In this document: positions 13,180 through 23,289 of the stretch, in pieces
How the letters are laid out: the number at the start of each line of letters is the position of its first letter
Position numbering within the stretch: position 1 is the stretch's first letter
NCBI GenBank assembly: GCA_963796285.1
Contig: CAWCKW010000012.1
Location: forward strand, 1,440,001 to 1,504,000
Direction: 5' to 3'
From: Nitrospirota bacterium
GTDB taxonomy: Bacteria; Nitrospirota; UBA9217
Length of the DNA: 64,000 bases
The notes under the pieces: generated by a model
What the model saw: the letters and a program-made list of their open reading frames with translations, nothing else
The model's database searches: none
What the model was told of the DNA's origin: nothing
Made by a program: the position numbers and the translations under genes

Positions 13180-13308
13180 AAGAAGGGGAAATTCCGGATA
13201 ACGAGCACCAAATCGCCAACAAGCTCAGAGAAGAATCAAAGACCAATTTTAAACTCCGGGTCATCGAAATTGATAATTGAATTTAGGGATCGAAATTCGA
13301 ATTAAGTA

Positions 13309-13395
13309 TGGTGCCGAAGGGGGGACTCGAACCCCCACAGGATTGCTCCCACTGCGCCCTGAACGCAGCGCGTCTACCAGTTCCACCACTTCGGC
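13309..13395 (-). tRNA. tRNA-Leu(CAG)
   Basis: GCCGAAGTGGTGGAACTGGTAGACGCGCTGCGTT-CAG-GGCGCAGTGGGAGCAATCCTGTGGGGGTTCGAGTCCCCCCTTCGGCACCA; 87 nt, long variable arm, encoded CCA. Confidence 0.97.
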
Positions 13396-13404
13396 ACGGG
13401 TGAC

Positions 13405-13433
13405 ATGATAAGGTGAAAGCCCTCGATTGTCAA
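13405..13433 (-). promoter_or_regulatory. Sigma70 promoter of tRNA-Leu
   Basis: TTGACA-17 nt-TATCAT, ~10 nt upstream of the tRNA 5' end. Confidence 0.75.
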
Positions 13434-13676
13434 GGATGTTTTTATTTCTGTGACTGCAAAATTGCTCCGCGCATACTCATCTGTTAATGAATATCCGGGG
13501 ATGCTTTTTTGATGTCAGACGATCGACCAGACGCATTTATCCTGGTAGTCGCAGGCTTTAGCCTGAGTTTATACTGTATTGAAAACCCGCAAACTAAAGT
13601 TTGCGGCTACCTGTATGAATCTGGATTTTTGCAAAACCTCGCGTGCATACGTTATCGAATTTACCAGCCGACGTAC

Positions 13677-14900
13677 TTAGATAACGATCCCCCCTGCCAC
13701 CGGGTGTCCCGCGTGCTCCAGCACGAACCTGCCCATCTCGGGGATCTCTGCAAAGGCGTCCACAAGGACCGGCCTGTTTAGTTTGATCAGGACATCAGCG
13801 ATCTCCGCTGCCTTGATCTTGCGAGCGTCCTGCTCGATCACTTCGATGGTAGCCGGGTCGAAGCGCCGGTAGATCCTCTCGATAACGCCCTGTGCCTCCT
13901 GCGTGGCGCACCGAAAGGTGAGCGGAATGCCAAGTTCATAGTCTTTATCAATGAGCCAGAAGATGGTGGCGCGGACCGCGTCGGTTACCGCCGGCGTCGG
14001 TTTGTCGACAAGGACATCGCCCCGCTTCACAGGAGGACCTTGAAAGCGAATGCCTATGCAGTGCCCTGCTTCGGCCTGGGGCATGTCATTCTGCATGAAT
14101 TTTTTTACCTCGACAACGATGCCGGCCGCCTTTTGAGGGAAAACATGGACGTTCTGCCCTCTCCTGATTGTTCCCGACTCGACACGTCCTACAACAACGG
14201 ATTGTCCGTCGACGTGATAGATATCCTGCACCGGGAAACGAAGGTCCTTGTCCTCTGCCGTGACAAGGGAGAAGCTGTCCAGCGCCTCCAGGACAGTGGG
14301 GCCGTCGAACCAGGATAACTGTTCGGATCTTGTTGCCACATTCTCCCCCCGCTGCGCGGAAATGGGAAGAACATGGGTGGGCGTGATCTTCAGCTGGCCC
14401 AGCGCGGTCTCTATCTCGCCCTTGATGGCACGGAAGCGGGCTTCGGAATAGGCAACGGCATCCATCTTGTTGACAAGGACGGCTATCTGTTTGAACCCGA
14501 GCAACCCCAGGATGAAGCAGTGACGCAGCGTCTGCTCCCTGATGCCTTCGGTGATGTCGACCAGGAGCAGCGCGGCCTCGGCCTGGGAAGAACCGGTGAT
14601 CATGTTCTTGAGAAACTCCTTATGCCCCGGCGCGTCGATGATGACATACCTTCGCTTGGCCGTGCGGAAGAAGGTATGGGAGATATCGATGGTGATGCCC
14701 CTGTCGCGCTCCTCTTCGAGCTGGTCCATGACATAGGCAAATTCCATCACCTTGCCCTGGGCTTCCGACGCCTGCCGGAGGGCCTCCATCCTGTCCGGCG
14801 GCAGACAGCCGGTATCATAGAACAGCCGGCCGACGAGAGTGCTCTTGCCGTGGTCCACGTGGCCGGTAATGACAATGTGCATGGATCGTTCGTCAGTCAT
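13677..14900 (-). CDS. cysN: Sulfate adenylyltransferase subunit 1 (GTPase), no CysC fusion
   Basis: GHVDHGKST, RGITID, DAPGH, NKMD; adjacent to cysD. Confidence 0.9.
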   Translation of the reverse strand: MTDERSMHIVITGHVDHGKSTLVGRLFYDTGCLPPDRMEALRQASEAQGKVMEFAYVMDQLEEERDRGITIDISHTFFRTAKRRYVIIDAPGHKEFLKNMITGSSQAEAALLLVDITEGIREQTLRHCFILGLLGFKQIAVLVNKMDAVAYSEARFRAIKGEIETALGQLKITPTHVLPISAQRGENVATRSEQLSWFDGPTVLEALDSFSLVTAEDKDLRFPVQDIYHVDGQSVVVGRVESGTIRRGQNVHVFPQKAAGIVVEVKKFMQNDMPQAEAGHCIGIRFQGPPVKRGDVLVDKPTPAVTDAVRATIFWLIDKDYELGIPLTFRCATQEAQGVIERIYRRFDPATIEVIEQDARKIKAAEIADVLIKLNRPVLVDAFAEIPEMGRFVLEHAGHPVAGGIVI

Positions 14901-14909
14901 TGGTTCTCC

Positions 14910-15713
14910 TTACATGTATCCCAGTGAACGGAGCTTCTGCATGGTGTACACGTCTTCCTTGTCCTGTGCCCGCCCCGCGCGCTCCGAGGTGCTGGACGTT
15001 TCCAGTTCAATGATGATATCGTCCACGCTGGCGGCGTCGGAGTCAATGGGGCTGCAGCACGGCATGCAGCCGATGCTGCGGTACCGCTTCCCCCCCTTGC
15101 TCAGATACAGGTCGACGATGGGGATATTCTCTTGCTTCATGTACTTCCAGATGTCCAGCTCCGTCATGTGCAGCAGGGGGTGCACACGGACGTGATTGTC
15201 CTCGGCAGTTGTCGTCCGGTACTGCTCCCAGAGCTCCGCAGGCTGGTCCTTGTAGTTCCAGGAAAAATTCTCGTCCCGAGGCGAGAAAACGCGCTCCTTT
15301 GCCCGGATGCCGTGCTCATCCCGACGTATGCCGACAAGGACGGCCTGGAACCCTTCCCGTGCGATAATACTCTTGAGCGCGTTCGTTTTGAGTTCGTTGC
15401 AGCAGTCGAGCTTGGCGCCCGTGTTCGGCCCCATGCATTTGGCAATCTGCTCCTCGTTCTTTCCAACGATGAGGTTCAAGCCCCACTGCTTTGCATACTC
15501 CTCCCGAAAGCGATAGATCTCCGGAAACTTGTACGACGTATCTATGTGGATGACCGGGAATGGGACCTTCCCGAAAAAGGCCTTGCGGCACAACCAGAGC
15601 AGCGTGGTCGAGTCCTTGCCGATGGACCAGAGCATGGCCATGTTCTTGAAACGCGCATAGGCTTCTCGTATGATATAGATGCTTCTGTTCTCCAGATCGG
15701 TCAAATGATCCAT
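14910..15713 (-). CDS. cysD: Sulfate adenylyltransferase subunit 2
   Basis: WSIGKDS, HIDTSYKFPE, GIRRDE..RAKER, RVHPL, YRSIGC, ERAGRAQD. Confidence 0.93.
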   Translation of the reverse strand: MDHLTDLENRSIYIIREAYARFKNMAMLWSIGKDSTTLLWLCRKAFFGKVPFPVIHIDTSYKFPEIYRFREEYAKQWGLNLIVGKNEEQIAKCMGPNTGAKLDCCNELKTNALKSIIAREGFQAVLVGIRRDEHGIRAKERVFSPRDENFSWNYKDQPAELWEQYRTTTAEDNHVRVHPLLHMTELDIWKYMKQENIPIVDLYLSKGGKRYRSIGCMPCCSPIDSDAASVDDIIIELETSSTSERAGRAQDKEDVYTMQKLRSLGYM

Positions 15714-15906
15714 ACGGTATCCTTTCACATCAGGCGATTACGCCTCTACCATCGACAGTACATTGTCAATCTTTTCTATGCTGAAAGACAAGACATTGTC
15801 ACATAAAGAGAGAAATTCAAGATTTAAAATTCAAGATGCAAAACTTGGCGTCCTTTGCGTCTTTGCGAGAGACGCCTTTGACACTGCCTTGTTATTTTTC
15901 CCCCGA

Positions 15907-17272
15907 CTAGGACGCAGTCATCCGCTCAAGCAGAATGCGTGCCAGTCCCTCGATATGCATCCGTTCATTGGGCTGCTGCGCCTCCGGCAGGATGCAGTGG
16001 GCATCTGCGCGGGTATGCATGCCCGCAAAATTGCCTTTGCCGAAGATCTCCTGCTTCTTGAGCGACCCCTTCAGGTCGTATCCGTCATGCGGCAGACAGA
16101 CCAGATCAGGCGCGCGGTCACCCGCCGGTCCCGGATACAGGTCGACGCCATCATAGACGGCCTTGATCACTGAATTTCCTTTTTCGTCTTTAAACGAATT
16201 CCAGCGCTGCTCGTATCCGGGAGAGAACTTCGTTCTTCGCCGATGCCTTCACAGACCCCCGGGGATACTTGTTCTCAAAGTTGACGTAGATCCGCGCGGG
16301 GTCCATGGCAAAGGCCTGCGTCCCCGTGTTGATCTGCTCATAATACTCACGGACGGGATCGAGCGTGAGCAGCCCCTGCTGCTTGAGCCAGGCATTGATA
16401 TATACTTCCTGTTTGAGCACGGTGAACCCGTGGTCCGACAACGTCAGGAAGAGTCCCTTGCCATCCGTGATCTCCATGAACCGCTCATAGAGCCTCCCGA
16501 TGATGCTGTCCATCTGTTGATAAAAGGAGCGGAACACGTCGTAGCGGGGGTGCTTCGCGTCCTGCGCCGCGTCATAGAAAAAATGATGCAGCCGGTCCGT
16601 CTCGGTGATGACGCCGATGAAGAGGTCCCAGGGCTCGTGCGTCAGAAAGTGCTCGAACGCCTCTGCCCGCTTTTCCAGCGCCAGGAACAGTTCCCGAAAG
16701 AACGCGTCCTGCTGGTCCACGGCCTTGTTGGAATCTACGTCGGGAAGATAGCCCATGGAACTCAGATAGGTGTATGCCGTCTCGGGATAGGTGCCTTTCC
16801 GGAAGTCGGGGCACACGAATCCCGCTGTCAGGATCCCGTTCAGAGGCCGCGCCGGATAGGTCTGGGGGATGTTCAGGACAATGGACCGCAGGGGGCTGCG
16901 CAATCTTGTCCGGAACTGTTCGTACAGCGTCGAGGTCTTGTTGTTCACGGTCTGCCCGATCATGTCCCAGATCGTAGGGGCCTGCACACTTCCGGAATTC
17001 GGGAACATAAGCTGGTATGTCCCCGGACGGAGGTCCATGAACCCGTAGATCCCGTGTTCGCCCGGATTTACGCCGGTCATAAAGGACGTCCACGACGTGG
17101 AAGAGACGTCTGGTATGGAAGCGTCCATCTGGTGCAGGCGAAATCCGGCTGACAGGATCTTTTGCACGTTCGGCAGGATCCCTTCCCGCAGATAGTCATT
17201 GAGCAGTGAATAGGGTACACCGTCAAGGCCGATGACACAGCATCTCTGGTTGTTGTTGACCGGTACGCTCAT
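15907..17272 (-). CDS. Alkaline phosphatase superfamily (NPP/type I phosphodiesterase-like) protein, frameshift at ~16180
   Basis: IGLDG, IPDVSSTSWTSFMTGVNPGEHGIYGF, TDRLHH, SDHGF; C-terminal APDL..GMHT in ORF 15907..16170. Confidence 0.85.
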
Positions 17273-17280
17273 CTGTTCTC

Positions 17281-17419
17281 CTAACCCGGACAATCCGGAA
17301 CCAAACCTTTTTTGCCACAGAGTACACGGAGGTCACAGAGGGGAAATGAACGGAAAATATTTTAGCTATGAAATTACTTTCAGCCTTTCTCCGCGTGCTT
17401 TGTGACCTTTGTGGCAAAA
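17281..17419. repeat. ctaacccggaca motif followed by a 9-bp-period inverted repeat
   Basis: ctaacccggacaatccgga; tttgccacagagtacacggaggtcacagag ... ctccgcgtgctttgtgacctttgtggcaaa. Confidence 0.65.
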
Positions 17420-17456
17420 TATTCTTGCCTTTTGAGTAGAATTTGTTCTTAACTTA

Positions 17457-19577
17457 CTACGCCCTCTTCTCGATCCTGCACAGCAGGCCCCTGAGCTGGT
17501 ACGAGCCGAAGGCCGGGTCGTACGGCGGCGCGTTGTTCGTGAGCACGTTCGCATTGGAGTCCCAGATCCCGTGCTCCGGCCCGTGCTTTTCCGGGAACCA
17601 CCAGCCGTGCTCGACATTGATGACGCCCGGCGTCATGTCCTCGGTGACCAGGGCCTTCATCATTATGCTCCCGCGTGGCGATGTTATCCGGACATCATCA
17701 CCCTGGCTGATCCCGTGCTTTGCGGCGGTCTGAGGATGGAGTTCCACCTGGGGATGCGGTCGCTGCTTCCTGAGCGACTGGATCTGCCGGTGCTCGCTGT
17801 GAAAGAACTCGCGCCGTCTGCTGCCCGTGGTGAGCACATAGGGATACTCTTCAGCGAGCTTCGGCGTCGAGACCGGGCTTTCAGGCGGCTCCTTAAAGGT
17901 CGGGAGAGGATCATATCCCATGCGCTCCAGCGACTTGCAATAGAGCTCTACCTTTTTCGACGGCGTCCTGAATCCCTTCTTCTCGAATTTCCGGTATTCG
18001 TGCGGCGGATAGTGGAAGACCTTCTCCTTAAGCTCATCATAGGTGATCCCGAGCGGCTCGAGCTGGTAGTTCATGACGTCCCGCAGGCTTTCCCCGCTGC
18101 CCGGCAGATCGAGCCGTTTTGCCAGCATGTCCATGATCCATTCATCCTGCCTGCACTCGGCGCGCTGGGTCATCTTGCGCTGGGCCATGACCATGTTCTC
18201 CACCACGAGGGGATAGCCGATCACCTGCTCCACCTCGGTTCCGAACGCGGCAGGCAGGACGTAGTCGGCAAGCTCGGCTGAGGGCGTCATGAACAGGTCC
18301 GTCGCCACCAGGAGGTCGAGCTTCTGCAGGCTTTCGTAGACCTCGCGGGAATTCGCCACCGTTGCCAACGGGTTGTTGCCGAAGAGCAGCAGGGCGCGTA
18401 CTCGATAGGGATCGCCGGTCCTCATGGCCTTGAACAGGGCGGGAATGTGGGCTGACGGCATGAAGGCGCGCCACCCGCCGAGGAGTTTAAAGGTCTCGCC
18501 GCCGAGGCGCTTTTTCAACATGCCTTCCGGAAGCTTGTCCTTGAGCGTTGGATAGGCCCGGATGATGTTCATGCCCAGGATGTCGCCGCCGGGGACATCG
18601 ATGTTGCCGGTGATGGCCCGCAGGATCGCCAGCGCCCTTACCGTCTGGAGGGAGTTGACGTTCTGCTCGATGGCAAGCCCCCAGTCGAGGATCGCCGGCT
18701 TGTTCAAGGCGTAGGTGCGGGCAGCCAGGACGATATCCGAAGACTTGACCCCGGTGATCTTCTCGGCCCACTCAGGCGTATAGCCGGCAACGTGTGACTT
18801 CAGTTCATCAAAACCGATGGTCCATTTCTCCACGAACTCCCGGTCATAGATGCTTTCCGTGATAATGACATGGACCATGGCCAGGGCCAGTGCCGCGTCC
18901 GTGCCGGGCCGTACGGGCAGCCACTGCTTGCAGCGTTTGGCAGTCTCGGATTTCCGCGGGTCCACGGCGATCCCGATGCTGCCCGAGTCCAGCGCGCGCT
19001 TGATGGCAATGGAGAGCTCGCCGTCGGGACTGGACACGATGGGGTTATGCCCCCAGAAGAGGATACACTTGGGATGCACCTGGCCGTAGTAGTCGCCCAC
19101 CACGAAACCGCCATAGGTCAGATTGCTCACGGTGATTCGCGGAATGAAGCAGTTGGCCAGACCAGGCTCGTACCAGTTCGGCGTGCCCAGGGCATTGGCA
19201 AACCGCACCACGTGCATGTAGTGGTGCCGTCCCGTGCCCTGGCCCAGGGCGATGGATTCCGGGCCGGTCTCTTTGCGGATCTCGTCCAGGCGGGAGGCGA
19301 TCCCGTCGATCGCCTCTTCCCAGGAGATCCGTTCCCATTCTCCCGCGCCGCGCCGGCCCTTTCTTCGCAGGGGGTGCTCCAGGCGGTCTGGATGGTTCGC
19401 GATCTCCGGCGATGCCAGACCTTTGACGCACATCCATCCCTGTGACATGGGCGAAGCCGTATCGCCTTTGATTTCCGTGACCTTGCCGTTCCTGATCGTA
19501 ACGATCGTCCCGCAACCGCCGTGGCAGATCCGGCATACGCTTCTCAATACCTGTTCCTGCTCATGCTGCTCCGTCAT
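17457..19577 (-). CDS. Molybdo/tungsto-bis-PGD oxidoreductase (DMSO reductase family, acetylene-hydratase-like), cytoplasmic
   Basis: CRICHGGC..C [4Fe-4S] motif, HPDRLEHPL, WERISW, PGTDAAL, DLFMTPSAELADYVLP, C-terminal MopB-CT; no Tat signal. Confidence 0.88.
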   Translation of the reverse strand: MTEQHEQEQVLRSVCRICHGGCGTIVTIRNGKVTEIKGDTASPMSQGWMCVKGLASPEIANHPDRLEHPLRRKGRRGAGEWERISWEEAIDGIASRLDEIRKETGPESIALGQGTGRHHYMHVVRFANALGTPNWYEPGLANCFIPRITVSNLTYGGFVVGDYYGQVHPKCILFWGHNPIVSSPDGELSIAIKRALDSGSIGIAVDPRKSETAKRCKQWLPVRPGTDAALALAMVHVIITESIYDREFVEKWTIGFDELKSHVAGYTPEWAEKITGVKSSDIVLAARTYALNKPAILDWGLAIEQNVNSLQTVRALAILRAITGNIDVPGGDILGMNIIRAYPTLKDKLPEGMLKKRLGGETFKLLGGWRAFMPSAHIPALFKAMRTGDPYRVRALLLFGNNPLATVANSREVYESLQKLDLLVATDLFMTPSAELADYVLPAAFGTEVEQVIGYPLVVENMVMAQRKMTQRAECRQDEWIMDMLAKRLDLPGSGESLRDVMNYQLEPLGITYDELKEKVFHYPPHEYRKFEKKGFRTPSKKVELYCKSLERMGYDPLPTFKEPPESPVSTPKLAEEYPYVLTTGSRRREFFHSEHRQIQSLRKQRPHPQVELHPQTAAKHGISQGDDVRITSPRGSIMMKALVTEDMTPGVINVEHGWWFPEKHGPEHGIWDSNANVLTNNAPPYDPAFGSYQLRGLLCRIEKRA

Positions 19578-20566
19578 TGCACGGTCCTCCCCCGTTCCTG
19601 TCGCAGGACACCCCAGAGGAATCCAAGTCCCAGCGAGGCGGCCCTGATTGAAAGAAAAAAAGGCGAGAGCATGCCGACAACCGGGTCCCTTCTGACCGCA
19701 AGCAGAGCGAAGGGAGCCATGCTCAGACCGTACAGGAAGAGCGTGGCCGCCATCGGATATACGATGACCTTTGGCCAGAGCAGCATCGCCGGCAGCCAGC
19801 CGAGTGCCAGAAACAAAAAGAGGATCTGGAGCTTCAGCGTTTGCGGGGTATAGGAGTCCTTCATCATCTTATCGGGATATCTCCGGTAGACCACCATCCT
19901 CCAGTATCCCCGCCAGAACTTGAGCCGCGCGTAACTCCTGAGGGAATCGGGATGATTGAGATGATAGACCACGGCATCAGGGTTAAAGACCATCTTTCTT
20001 CCCATGCGGGAAAGTTTGTAGGAAAGCTCCGTGTCCTCGTTGTTCGCAACAGGAAAGGATTCATCGAACCCTCCGGCCTGTCTGAAAACGTCCGATCGGT
20101 ATGCAGCGGAGTAGGTGTCCACCATGTCTATTGATGCGGCGCGTTTGAGCAGCTCAAAGCGCTCCTCGAACTCCACCTGGGCGAATCGGGCGATGAGTGC
20201 GCGCTGGTTCGTCCTGTACGCCCCTTTGACCGCCACTACGTCGGGGTCGCCAAAGGGTTTTGTCATCTCAGCGATCCAACCCGTTGAAGGGACGCAGTCC
20301 GCGTCCGTAAAGAGGATGATCTCGCCGCGGGCTTCCCGCGCTCCATGGTTCCGCGCCGTTGCGGGGCCCCGGTTCAACTGGCGAAGGTATTTCACGGGAA
20401 ATGTTCTTACAATTTCGGCCGTGCCATCCCGCGAACCGTCGTCCACCACGATGACCTCATAGTCGGTCGCATCCATAGACTGGCCGGTAAGCGCGCCCAG
20501 ACAATCGCCAATGGTCTTCCCGGCATTGTAGGCCGGAACGATGACGGAATATTTCACGACGCTCAT
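19574..20566 (-). CDS. Glycosyltransferase family 2 with C-terminal TM helices
   Basis: SVIVPAYN, VVDDGSRD, NRGPATARN, FTDADC, GGFDE, EDTEL. Confidence 0.9.
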   Translation of the reverse strand: MSVVKYSVIVPAYNAGKTIGDCLGALTGQSMDATDYEVIVVDDGSRDGTAEIVRTFPVKYLRQLNRGPATARNHGAREARGEIILFTDADCVPSTGWIAEMTKPFGDPDVVAVKGAYRTNQRALIARFAQVEFEERFELLKRAASIDMVDTYSAAYRSDVFRQAGGFDESFPVANNEDTELSYKLSRMGRKMVFNPDAVVYHLNHPDSLRSYARLKFWRGYWRMVVYRRYPDKMMKDSYTPQTLKLQILFLFLALGWLPAMLLWPKVIVYPMAATLFLYGLSMAPFALLAVRRDPVVGMLSPFFLSIRAASLGLGFLWGVLRQERGRTVQ

Positions 20567-20576
20567 GTCAGCTTCC

Positions 20577-22061
20577 TCACTTACAGCTCTTGCACGCTCC
20601 CTCAGTGCCCTTGACATCGGAACCTTTAATGAGGTACTTCAGGAACGTCCTGGCCGACTTCAGGTTCCGCTTCCTTTCCGAAGGGTCCATCAACGTCTGC
20701 TTTAATTTATAGAGCAGATAGCGGGGACGGAGATAGAACTCCCGTCGCGCGTGGTCGCAGAACCGTACCAGGTCTTCGGACGAGAGCGCCTCGGTCCGCA
20801 CCACGGTGTTGTGGAGCCCCGCGGGCGTGATCCATTTGGAAAAATCGTCAGTGGTGATCAGACCTCGCTCCCGGTACCAGCGGTAGGCCTCGGTGCCGGG
20901 GTAGACCATGATGGGGTAGAACTGGACCGTGTCGGGAGTGAGCTGTTTCGCAAGCTCCAACGTCTGTTCCATCGTTTCTTTCGTTTCTCCGGGATGGCCG
21001 ACCATGAAACAGCCATGTACGAGAATTCCGGCCTTCCGCGCGTCAGCCACGAATTGATGCATTTTCTCGATCGTCATCTTTTTCTTGATGTTTTCGAGCA
21101 ATAGTTTGCTGCCGCTCTCGAATCCGACACACATGCACCTGCAGCCGGCGGCCTTCATGACCTTCATGGCCTCGTAATCGAGGTCCGCCCGCGCGTTGAT
21201 GGACCAGGAGATCTTGATCCCCCGCCTGATGATCTCCTCGGAGATCTCGATGCACCGCTTTCGGATCGCCGCGAAGGTATCGTCTTCGAAGAAGATCGCC
21301 TTCACCCCGGGGAAATTCTTGACGATGTAGTCCATCTCATCCACCACGTTGGTCACACTCCGCAGCCGCACGCGGTGCCCCATCATGGTCTGGGGATACA
21401 CGCAAAAAATGCACTGGAACGGGCATCCCCTGCTTGTCGTGATCGTGACCATCGGGAAGAGGGCATTGGGATTAAAGTAGTTCTCGATGCGCAGGAACTT
21501 CCTGTACATTGCGCTTACAAAGGGTATCGCGTCGAGGTCATCGATAAACGGCCGCCCTGCTGTCTGGACGAAGGTTCCGTTCTCCCTGAGCGTCAACCCG
21601 GCCACCGTGCGGACATCCCCCTTCCGGCCCAGCGTCTCCGCGAGGTCAAGAAGGGTATTGTCGTATTCGCCCCGGGCAACGGCGTCCACGCGTTCGTTCA
21701 GGGCAAGCGTCTCCTCCGGCAGCGCGGAAACATGGGTGCCGACGAGGACCACGAAGGACTTCGGGAACGCATCCTTGAGCTGAGCGGCAATGCCCACGTC
21801 ATTGGCAATGCTCGGTGTGCTCGTGTCCACCACGATCAGGTCCGGCTGGAATCCCTGCGCGCGCTGAAGCACATACCCCATGTCACGGCCATCGGCCGGG
21901 GCGTCGATCAGGTCCACGCCGATGCCCCTGCTCTCGAGCAGACCCGCTGCGGAGGCGAGCCACAGGGGAAAATAGAGGGTGCCGCTTTTGGTCACCGCAG
22001 GGCTTCTCTGGGACCGGGAAAAATTTTTCAGGAACGGGGGATTCAGGAGCAGTACGTTCAT
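20577..22061 (-). CDS. B12-binding radical SAM protein (HpnJ/BchE-like)
   Basis: N-terminal LLLNPP..YFPLWLA B12-binding domain; SRGCPFQCIFC; FEDDTF; GFESG; YPGT. Confidence 0.9.
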   Translation of the reverse strand: MNVLLLNPPFLKNFSRSQRSPAVTKSGTLYFPLWLASAAGLLESRGIGVDLIDAPADGRDMGYVLQRAQGFQPDLIVVDTSTPSIANDVGIAAQLKDAFPKSFVVLVGTHVSALPEETLALNERVDAVARGEYDNTLLDLAETLGRKGDVRTVAGLTLRENGTFVQTAGRPFIDDLDAIPFVSAMYRKFLRIENYFNPNALFPMVTITTSRGCPFQCIFCVYPQTMMGHRVRLRSVTNVVDEMDYIVKNFPGVKAIFFEDDTFAAIRKRCIEISEEIIRRGIKISWSINARADLDYEAMKVMKAAGCRCMCVGFESGSKLLLENIKKKMTIEKMHQFVADARKAGILVHGCFMVGHPGETKETMEQTLELAKQLTPDTVQFYPIMVYPGTEAYRWYRERGLITTDDFSKWITPAGLHNTVVRTEALSSEDLVRFCDHARREFYLRPRYLLYKLKQTLMDPSERKRNLKSARTFLKYLIKGSDVKGTEGACKSCK

Positions 22062-23245
22062 TCGGTTACCTTTCGTGTGATAGCATCATATTGTTTCAAT
22101 TGATCGGACATGAATCCGAGCGTGCCCCGGAATTCAATGGCCCTCGTGGGACAGACCAGATAGCAGTACTGGCACCCGATGCATCCGCTGTCCCGCTTTT
22201 CGAGCTGCTCCGGCAGGGCCAGTCCTAGCGGACAGTAGTCTTTGCAGCGGGTGCAGCCGGCGCGGCATTTTTCAGCATGGAGGACAAAGCCCTCGAAGCG
22301 CATCTCGCCGGGGATGAAATTGTCCTGACGCAGGCCCGACCGGAACAACAGGTAGCCGAAGGCCCGTGTGGAGGCAAGGTAGGTGAAGAACCGGGTGTTC
22401 CGGACCGCGAGAAAGTATTTCTGTCTCTTTGGGCTGTGCACAAAGGAAACCAGCGGGTTGGCCTCGGGTTTCTTGAACGTCCTCGCTATGCCCTCCAGGG
22501 CCAGCTCATCGACGAACCGTTTGTGTTTACCGGTCAGCAGGCCCAGTTCTTCCGCGAGCTTGAGGGTCCTCACCTTGCGATAGTCAAAGCGCGCGGCCTT
22601 GCTGCACGCAAGGTCGATCAGGTACGGGTCCGTGCCGATCATGATGAACCCGGTGTTCACCGGCGTCCCCCGCGTGGGCCCCAGGCCTTCCATGGATATC
22701 AGGCCGTCAACGATGTGCAGGTGCGGTTTGAGGGCCTTGTTGATGTTCAGGATGTTTCGGGCAAGGCTCTGGTGCACCTTCTTCTTGTTCTCCTGGCCGA
22801 CGAGACAGCCCATCAGATTCTTGAGACAGACGCTCATGCCGTTCTCGAAGTGGGTCTTGACCTTCGGCATGTTGATGAGCATCGCGGCCTCGACACACTC
22901 CCGCGCAATGCCGGCCTTGATCCCATCCTCAAAATCGATCAGGACCTTCTCGGAATAGTTCAGGTCCTTTATTGCCACGCCGTAATGGTCCGCGAGCCTG
23001 TCCACCATGAGCCGGGAAATGACGTTGATGTTGCTTCGGTAAAAGCCGCTGTTGGTGCCCTCTCCGATGGTGATGTTGGAATACCCCGCATCCTTCAGAA
23101 ACCCGATCACCGCCCCGACAAGACGGAGGTCCGTGGTGTTCCCGGTCAGGGCGTTCATGTTGCTGTTGAGGTTCGGCTTCAGGAGAATGGGCGCCTTTTT
23201 GTCGCGGGGCAGCAGATCGCTGTACTTTTTCCCCAGGGTATCCAT
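22058..23245 (-). CDS. DUF362 family protein with C-terminal 2x[4Fe-4S] ferredoxin domain
   Basis: LLKPNL, INMPKVKTH, CLKNLMG, MEGLGP; CRAGCTRCKDYCP and CIGCQYCYLVCP. Confidence 0.8.
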   Translation of the reverse strand: MDTLGKKYSDLLPRDKKAPILLKPNLNSNMNALTGNTTDLRLVGAVIGFLKDAGYSNITIGEGTNSGFYRSNINVISRLMVDRLADHYGVAIKDLNYSEKVLIDFEDGIKAGIARECVEAAMLINMPKVKTHFENGMSVCLKNLMGCLVGQENKKKVHQSLARNILNINKALKPHLHIVDGLISMEGLGPTRGTPVNTGFIMIGTDPYLIDLACSKAARFDYRKVRTLKLAEELGLLTGKHKRFVDELALEGIARTFKKPEANPLVSFVHSPKRQKYFLAVRNTRFFTYLASTRAFGYLLFRSGLRQDNFIPGEMRFEGFVLHAEKCRAGCTRCKDYCPLGLALPEQLEKRDSGCIGCQYCYLVCPTRAIEFRGTLGFMSDQLKQYDAITRKVTE

Positions 23246-23289
23246 TGATCCCGGCCGTTATTGCCGCGATCTTCCGCGCTTGCAGGATA

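Noticed and set aside
13309-13395. tRNA-Leu as integration site of the glycan island
   Set aside because: The locus lies 5' of the tRNA; I found no integrase and no duplicated tRNA 3' end
19574-22061. Hopanoid side-chain (hpnI/J) cluster
   Set aside because: No squalene-hopene cyclase or hpnH/G/K in the window, and the context is Wzy-dependent export
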